32,000 bases of DNA from an uncultured bacterium. Lineage in GTDB: Bacteria; Babelota; Babeliae; Babelales; Babelaceae. Location of the stretch: positions 10,596 through 42,595 of the forward strand of contig CAWGPQ010000006.1 in the NCBI GenBank assembly GCA_963824495.1, read 5' to 3'. The position numbers and the translations under genes were made by a program. The notes under the pieces are model-generated. The model had not been told where the DNA came from and did no database searches. It saw nothing but the letters and a program-made list of their open reading frames with translations. Each line of letters begins with the position of its first letter. Positions within the stretch are counted from its first letter, which is position 1. Positions 26,183 to 32,000 of the stretch are shown piece by piece.

Positions 26183-26947
26183 TTATTGCCAGATTTTTAC
26201 CTCATCTACATGCATATAAGGTGGTGGATTAACTGTTGTCTCCGCTCCTTTTTGAGCATTGACTGTTATGTAGCCTTTCCGTCCGCACATGTTTGCCAAC
26301 CAATCAGGTTTTTGAATGGTGCAACTCATATAGTCATAGGTAACCGGATCTAGTAATTCGATGAGAAAATTACCGTTCTCCAGGACTTTGATATTCCAAT
26401 AACGATATATAGCTGGGTTCTTTAAGGCCTCTTCTACTTTGAAACAGTCACCCATAGCTTTGCAGGTACTTTCGCTATTAGGATCACCTGGCCATTGGCA
26501 CCATTTTTGTGTTGGTTGGTTACAGTCACCACACAAATAAAAAAATCCTGTATAACTGTTCTCCGGAAATACCCAACCATATTCTCCACCGCCATTATAA
26601 CATCGTTTTTCATGGAAAAATAGCGCAAATTCATTCTCACGTTTGCCAAGAACATTCTTATAAACCAATCCCTTGAAGGAGATACCCTTTACGTTGTAAA
26701 GCTTATCACTTATCCAACGCTTACTCGTCATTCTATATTCACCTGAACAATCTGGTTCAGGAAACCAAGATTTACCCTCGGTGGGAAAGCGTGTCGAATA
26801 AACATGTGTACTCAAGTTGCCACAAGGTGGATTTTTGCAGGGATAGATATACGTGTGAGGCAATGATATCTGATTCCAACTACCATTAGCACATGCTATT
26901 CCCGTTACAATAAAGGTCAAAATATAGCAGAAATAAGTTAATCTCAT
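26183..26947 (-). CDS. Cys-rich secreted hypothetical protein
   Basis: 254-aa ORF. Signal-like MRLTYFCYILTFIVTGIACA. Eleven further Cys residues and many Trp/Tyr/Pro. I recognise no family. Confidence 0.6.
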   Translation of the reverse strand: MRLTYFCYILTFIVTGIACANGSWNQISLPHTYIYPCKNPPCGNLSTHVYSTRFPTEGKSWFPEPDCSGEYRMTSKRWISDKLYNVKGISFKGLVYKNVLGKRENEFALFFHEKRCYNGGGEYGWVFPENSYTGFFYLCGDCNQPTQKWCQWPGDPNSESTCKAMGDCFKVEEALKNPAIYRYWNIKVLENGNFLIELLDPVTYDYMSCTIQKPDWLANMCGRKGYITVNAQKGAETTVNPPPYMHVDEVKIWQ

Positions 26948-27011
26948 ACATCGCCTCGTTAATTCAAACTAATTTAACAACTCAATTTAATTATATTATG
27001 CAATTATTATA

Positions 27012-27041
27012 ATCATATAAATAATTAATTACATTTGTCAA
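27012..27041 (-). promoter_or_regulatory. Candidate sigma70-type promoter for the Cys-rich protein gene
   Basis: Minus strand: TTGACA (27041-27036), 18-nt spacer, TATGAT (27017-27012). This lies about 65 nt upstream of the ATG at 26947. Confidence 0.3.
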
Positions 27042-27241
27042 TAGTTGATATGGCGATTCAGGTCAATCGCACGAACTAAGCCAACTTCGCCGAGGGCTAC
27101 GACGGTCAAGGGCAGCAATAACAGAAAGAAAGCAGTCAACCGTTAGGCCATATGAGCACACAGGTGCAAAACGTGCTGGAAACGTTTAGTGGGATTAAAC
27201 TTCGTGATGTCTGTCCCTAATTTCTTGAGGGTAATTTTGCC

Positions 27242-28057
27242 CTAATCCAAATATATAGAATAATATTTATTTAATAATTGTTTCAGTATATACAGTTCAT
27301 TTTGATACTCATGCTCTGGTCTACGTAGATCGTATAGAGCCTTAGCTCGAAAATGATAGGCATGTGCCGGTATCGCATCTTTTTTACTTTCGTACTCTTC
27401 ACGTGTAAAAAAATCCACACGCTCTGCATTAATAATAGGTATATTTCTTTTCTGGAAAAATAAACCAATCAGAACATCATCAGGTAAATCAGAACTATAT
27501 AGAAAGATATCTTCTTTTTCTTTTACCATCATTTCAACTAAATCAGGTGATACTATAATCCCCGCCCCTGAACCAAAATAAATCCTGCCAAACTTTGGAC
27601 ACGCGCTCTCGGGGATATACATAGAAATCGCACAGTAGCATTTTTGTTTTGGGAGCTTATTAAGAAATTTTAACAAGTTAGGGAAGTAATAAAATGAGGA
27701 CAAATTTGTTCGAATGACATAATCGAATTCTTTCAGCCTCGGCTGTATTGCTTCCATAGATAAAACTGTCTTATTGGCGATTCCGGGGCTATAATTTTCT
27801 GCTGCTTTAATAGTAATGGTATCGTTGCTGATCTCGTAATCTTTGGATAAATTTGGATCCCCTCTAATAAAATAAACTTCAAAGTGTTCCGGATCTCTAT
27901 GCATGTAGGATTTCCATACCCTTTGGAGTTCGAGATAGGCTGGCACACCATCTGAAGCTATTATTAACACAAGTGTTTTCTTGGGTGGGACTTCATTTGC
28001 ACCTATACTATCTTGAAAGCACATTAATGTTAGCGAGAGCAGCAAAAATTTTTTCAT
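27242..28057 (-). CDS. Secreted Fringe/GT31-like (beta-1,3-glycosyltransferase-like) protein
   Basis: Signal peptide MKKFLLLSLTLMCFQDSIGA. FGSGAGIIVSPDL and DLPDDVLIGLFF resemble the GGAG..LS and (E/P)DDV..G motifs of Fringe/beta3GalT enzymes. The position where the DDD/DXD motif is expected reads VIRTNLSS. Confidence 0.5.
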   Translation of the reverse strand: MKKFLLLSLTLMCFQDSIGANEVPPKKTLVLIIASDGVPAYLELQRVWKSYMHRDPEHFEVYFIRGDPNLSKDYEISNDTITIKAAENYSPGIANKTVLSMEAIQPRLKEFDYVIRTNLSSFYYFPNLLKFLNKLPKQKCYCAISMYIPESACPKFGRIYFGSGAGIIVSPDLVEMMVKEKEDIFLYSSDLPDDVLIGLFFQKRNIPIINAERVDFFTREEYESKKDAIPAHAYHFRAKALYDLRRPEHEYQNELYILKQLLNKYYSIYLD

Positions 28058-28320
28058 CTTTAAATTTCTTTAACCACGTTTACGCTTTCTCCTGCCCTTA
28101 CTCAAGTAATGGGTTTGTGAAAGCACAATAATCTATTAAAGCTCAAGCATGTTCGCTTGTATGGTAGTCTGTTTATTCCGTGGTTATATTACCAAGAATG
28201 CGTGCTAAAGCAAGAGAATTTGTAAGGGTAGACGAAAATAGTTTATTAAGCTAAGCGGAAAACCCCATTGGCTTATCCGAGTCTGGGGATGAATGCTTAT
28301 ACCTGCGTGAGGTGTGACGG

Positions 28321-28656
28321 TTAGTAAAATTGGAGCCTAGTCAAGAGCAGTTTACTCTCTCTGCTGGCAATGACATGGGTCACCCTGTGCAGCAAGAACC
28401 CATGGCCTTTGGGCCATGTGAGCGTCAATACAGCGATAGTTAATGGGGCTACGCCAGCTTCGTTCATAACATTAACGTTTGCACCTTGATTAAGTAAGCT
28501 CTCAGCCTCTAATGTGTCATCATTTTCGACAGCTTCAAGTAGAGCGTAACCAGGTGATTGTCGCTTGCTTGGTTGCAGTTGCTCAATACTATATGTGTTA
28601 CAAGATAGGCAGGTGACAAATAAGCTAAAAGTAGCGAAGCTTTTGCAAGATATCAT
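28321..28656 (-). CDS. Small ankyrin-repeat protein with N-terminal signal-like segment (possibly a truncated remnant)
   Basis: MISCKSFATFSLFVTCLSC..., then GYALLEAVENDDTLEAESLLNQGANVNVMNEAGVAPLTIAV, which matches the ANK consensus (G..LL.A......LL..GA.VN..D..G.TPL..A). The tail after that has no ANK pattern. Confidence 0.5.
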   Translation of the reverse strand: MISCKSFATFSLFVTCLSCNTYSIEQLQPSKRQSPGYALLEAVENDDTLEAESLLNQGANVNVMNEAGVAPLTIAVLTLTWPKGHGFLLHRVTHVIASRESKLLLTRLQFY

Positions 28657-28688
28657 GAGTTAATTCCCCCAAGGGAGGTGAATTTAGT

Positions 28689-30548
28689 CTAACTATCTAT
28701 AACGTCATTAAGGCCGCACGTGACTGCTTCTTTCTCATTAAGATATTCACGCACTTTGAATATCAATAACGAGAGTGCTGCAGGTGTCATGCCTTGAATA
28801 AGCGATGCTTGCGCAATAGTAGTTGGTCGGTACTTCATGAGTTTTTGCTGTAACTCAATTGATAACCCTGGCATTCCAGTATAATCAAAGTCTATCGGTA
28901 TTACCAACGATTGATAATGCTGCAATTTTTCGACTTCACGTTCTTCTCGCTTAAGGTATGGTCCATAGAGAAGTTCTGCATGAATCGATGCAAGAGCTCG
29001 CTCTGATAATCTTGTAGTGCTTGCGTTAATAATCTTGTGTTTGACGGTACCGATATCACCCTGTGAGAGCAGGCGCATGAGCTCAACGCCCTCTTTGCCA
29101 CTTTTAAGTTTTGCTGCAAGTTCCTCTATAAGCTTTTTTTCTTGTTGTATATCGTTATAGCATTGCTCGTTTATAAGACCTAACGTGTAAGCACGTTCGC
29201 CAAGTCTGCTAAATACGTTATCTTGACGCAGAAGCAGACGTCGTTCTGCTCGTGATGTAAACATACGGTATGGCTCATCGACACCGAGGCTGACCAGATC
29301 GTCTATCATAATACCAATATACCCTTGGGTTCGATCTATAATAAAAGGTTCTTTGCCTGTGTGCTTAAGATGGGCATTAATACCAGCTATAATACCCTGG
29401 CCGGCAGCTTCTTCGTAACCGGTTGTACCATTAATCTGTCCAGCAAGAAATAAACCTGAAATGGCTTTGAGCTCAAGGGTAGGGTGTAACTGGTTTGGTG
29501 CTATAAAATCATACTCCACGGCGTAGCCAGGTCTGACGATTTGTGCACTCTCAAAGCCGGGAATTGTCTGTATAAATTCACGCTGTGCTTCAAGTGGTAG
29601 TGATGTTGAGAGCCCGTTTGGATAGATCTCTTCACTACTTGCGCTTTCAGGTTCAACAAAAACGTGATGGCTCGTTTTATCAGGAAAGCGTGAAATCTTA
29701 TCTTCGATTGATGGGCAATAGCGTGGTGGCGTGCCCTTGATGTGCCCCGTAAATATAGGCGATAGATTAAAGTTTTTTTTGATAACATCATGAGTTTCTT
29801 GCGTCGTATGTGTTATATAGCAGGCCATCTTGTGCTCTACTTTATGGGGATAGAACTCAAAAAGATACTCAAGCTCATCTGAACCTTGCTCTTCCATTTT
29901 TGAAAAATCGAGACTTGATCGTAATAAGCGGGGTGGTGTGCCTGTTTTAAGGCGTCCCATGCTCAAGCCAAGGCTTTTGAGGAACCCGGAAAGGCTCGAA
30001 ACTGCTTCTTCGCCCTGTCGGCCTGCAGCGTAATTGGTTTGTCCTACATGAATAAGACCGTTAAGAAATGTACCTGTTGTTAAAATAACGGTTGAAGCAT
30101 TATAACGTGCTCCTTCACGTGTCCGAACTCCACGAACTCTCTTGTGCTCATCAAGAATAACCTCATCAACCATGCCCATGCTGAGCGTCAAGTTGGGAGT
30201 TTTTTCTAATACTTGTTTGCTGATTTTATTATAGGCGTGCTTGTCTATCTGAAGTCGGAGTCCTTGAACTGCTGGTCCCTTACGCGTATTAAGCATACGT
30301 GCTTGTAAATAGGTTTTAGTACAGAGTTGAGGCATAAGCCCCCCCAGTGTGCTAATCTCAAAGACGATATGACCTTTGCCTATTCCGCCTACGGCCGGGT
30401 TACAGGGCATATGACCTATACGATCAACATTCAGGGTAATCATAAGTGTTCGTGAGCCCATGCGTGCGGCAGCGTAGGCTGCTTCTATTCCTGCATGTCC
30501 ACCACCGACAACAATAACATCAAAATCTTGCCAAACGTGAGAACTCAT
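28689..30548 (-). CDS. mnmG: tRNA uridine-5-carboxymethylaminomethyl modification enzyme MnmG (GidA)
   Basis: [19 protein letters not shown] motif, [11 protein letters not shown]-like [27 protein letters not shown], full length. I place the start at MSSHVWQ (ATG 30548) rather than the track TTG at 30587. Confidence 0.93.
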   Translation of the reverse strand: MSSHVWQDFDVIVVGGGHAGIEAAYAAARMGSRTLMITLNVDRIGHMPCNPAVGGIGKGHIVFEISTLGGLMPQLCTKTYLQARMLNTRKGPAVQGLRLQIDKHAYNKISKQVLEKTPNLTLSMGMVDEVILDEHKRVRGVRTREGARYNASTVILTTGTFLNGLIHVGQTNYAAGRQGEEAVSSLSGFLKSLGLSMGRLKTGTPPRLLRSSLDFSKMEEQGSDELEYLFEFYPHKVEHKMACYITHTTQETHDVIKKNFNLSPIFTGHIKGTPPRYCPSIEDKISRFPDKTSHHVFVEPESASSEEIYPNGLSTSLPLEAQREFIQTIPGFESAQIVRPGYAVEYDFIAPNQLHPTLELKAISGLFLAGQINGTTGYEEAAGQGIIAGINAHLKHTGKEPFIIDRTQGYIGIMIDDLVSLGVDEPYRMFTSRAERRLLLRQDNVFSRLGERAYTLGLINEQCYNDIQQEKKLIEELAAKLKSGKEGVELMRLLSQGDIGTVKHKIINASTTRLSERALASIHAELLYGPYLKREEREVEKLQHYQSLVIPIDFDYTGMPGLSIELQQKLMKYRPTTIAQASLIQGMTPAALSLLIFKVREYLNEKEAVTCGLNDVIDS

Positions 30549-30792
30549 AGCTATTAATAAAAAACCTGAAAATGAGTGATAAAGCAAAGCGTAACTACAT
30601 TACAGTTTATTCAAAAAGATAATAAAAATCAATGGCGAATGGCGATATGAGCACAAGCCTTCAAAAGATCCTATGATCCCTAGCGGAATATAGTACGGCT
30701 TATGTATACTTCTTTTTATCAATCACAAGCGAATTCAAGATTACGACTTGAGCAGCTCTGATTGAGTTTCGTGTTATGAGGAAGGGAAGTGC

Positions 30793-32000
30793 ATGACAAG
30801 TTATACGAAGCTCGTATTATTAGGCATCGCAACCTATTTTTGTAGTATGGGCGGAATGGATAGTCCTAACACCGCGCGTACCCGAAAGCAGTTTGAAGAC
30901 ATGTTCGCAAATGACCAGGAACTTGAGGATTCGTCAAAGCCTAGCGCTCCAGTGTTCATTGAAACAGCTAATGATGAAGTGATTAAGGTGCCGAAAGAAG
31001 TTCTTCCCCTCTCGCAAACCTTATTGAAAGCACAAGAAGCATGGGGGCAGATTAGACAGGATCTATTTACTGGAGGCGTAATCAAGATAAAGAATATATC
31101 AAAAAACATCTTAATCATCTCTTTGAACTTGCTCTAAATCTTCGAAACAAAACGGTGATTCAAGCGTACCAAGAGCTTAGGGAAATTCTTCCTGGAGACG
31201 CGTACGAGCCTTCACATATTGAGGTCATTGAAGGCTTACTCTATGCTGCTCAAAAGCTTAGCTTGCAATCACTTGCCATAAACATAGCAATTATTGAAAA
31301 ATACAGTATCTTAAATTCTCAATTTAAATATCGGCTTACTGAACCCATTACTGAACCTCATAATGATGATGAAATTAATACAGCGTTTATTCGAGAGACT
31401 ATCAAGAATTTTAAACAGGTAACGGGACAGTCAGCTCAGCTCAATATAGGTCCCATTGATCAACAGCTTTGTGAAGGCAAACGCTTTGACGTTAAGCGTG
31501 ATGGTGATAATGGTAAAAGTAAACTTGATTTAGCTAGATCAAATTATACGAGCTTACTAGGTATTCACAATGTTCCTGATATAGAACAAGTACAAAGTTT
31601 AGATGTATCCAATAATGCTCTGCCTAGTCTTACGCCTTATATTGAGAAACTTGGTCAGCTTGAGGAGCTTATTGCTTCCGATAACAACCTTCGGGAAGTG
31701 TGCCGTCAGATCGGTGCGTTGGTTACTCTAAAAAAGCTTGATCTTGCGCGCAATCAATTGGAGAAACTTCCTGAAGAGATCGGAAATTTAACCGAGCTAG
31801 AAGTACTTAATGCTTCGGGAAATAAACTCAAGAATGTATTCTCATTGATAAAAAACTTAACTAAATTACGTGAACTTAATCTTACAACAAATAGGATTGA
31901 AACGATTCCCCCAGAAATTGGCAGCTTGACAAATCTTCAAAGGCTTTTCATGTCAAACAATACAGTTAGTGGTGTTGCGGCCGAAGTAGCAGCATTATTT
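30793..32000 (+). pseudogene. Leucine-rich-repeat protein gene interrupted by a -1 frame change (pseudogene, assembly error or frameshifting); runs off the right edge
   Basis: ORF 30793-31137 (GAGGAAGGGAAG RBS) stops at 31135. A second frame is open from 31056 to the window end with no ATG near its beginning. It encodes LRRs (LDLARNQLEKLPEEIGNLTELEVLNASGNKLKNV...LNLTTNRIETIPPEIGSLTNLQRLFMSNN). The 82-nt overlap contains A_AAA_AAC at 31101-31107. Confidence 0.65.

Noticed and set aside
27042-27241. Possible SRP (4.5S) or RNase P RNA, suggested by strings such as GGTCAAGGGCAGC and ACAGAAAGAAAGCAG.
   Set aside because: The expected conserved elements are absent: an SRP domain IV hairpin with a GNRA loop and AGCA/GGUC symmetric loop, or the RNase P GAGGAAAGUCC P4 strand. 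The GCAG strings are direct rather than inverted, and the block is too short for RNase P RNA.

Overview
AT-rich bacterial window using the standard genetic code (TGA is a stop in ATGA gene overlaps). No rRNA, tRNA, CRISPR array or transposase was recognised.

Left third (1-9.6 kb): a glycosylation island. It has at least six paralogous GT32-type 'DXD' glycosyltransferases, five of them in one translationally coupled run. It also has two GT2 enzymes, an orphan 457-aa protein and a Wzx-like flippase.

9.66-12.8 kb: a tandem four-gene family of small secreted Gly/Ala-rich proteins. Their 5' and 3' ends are constant and their cores are variable. The family includes a 637-bp perfectly identical direct repeat (period 1020 bp) and frameshifted relics of an alternative C-terminal module. 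This is my best candidate for an undescribed system.

Right half: core genes (aspS, nfo, nusA-infB, family-4 UDG, mnmG) interleaved with accessory genes. The accessory genes are an outer-membrane beta-barrel protein, a GT61-like and a Fringe/GT31-like glycosyltransferase, a WecA-like transferase, a truncated ComEC, a Cys-rich secreted orphan, an ankyrin fragment and a frameshifted LRR gene.

The 510-bp gap upstream of nusA carries two inverted arrays of DnaA boxes phased at 11 bp. Next to them is a box / GC-cluster / (CTA)4 trio / AT-rich arrangement, so it is a candidate oriC.

Nearly every glycosyltransferase has an N-terminal signal or anchor segment. Together with the ankyrin and LRR genes, this suggests a host-associated (protist-symbiont-like) bacterium. 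That is inference only.
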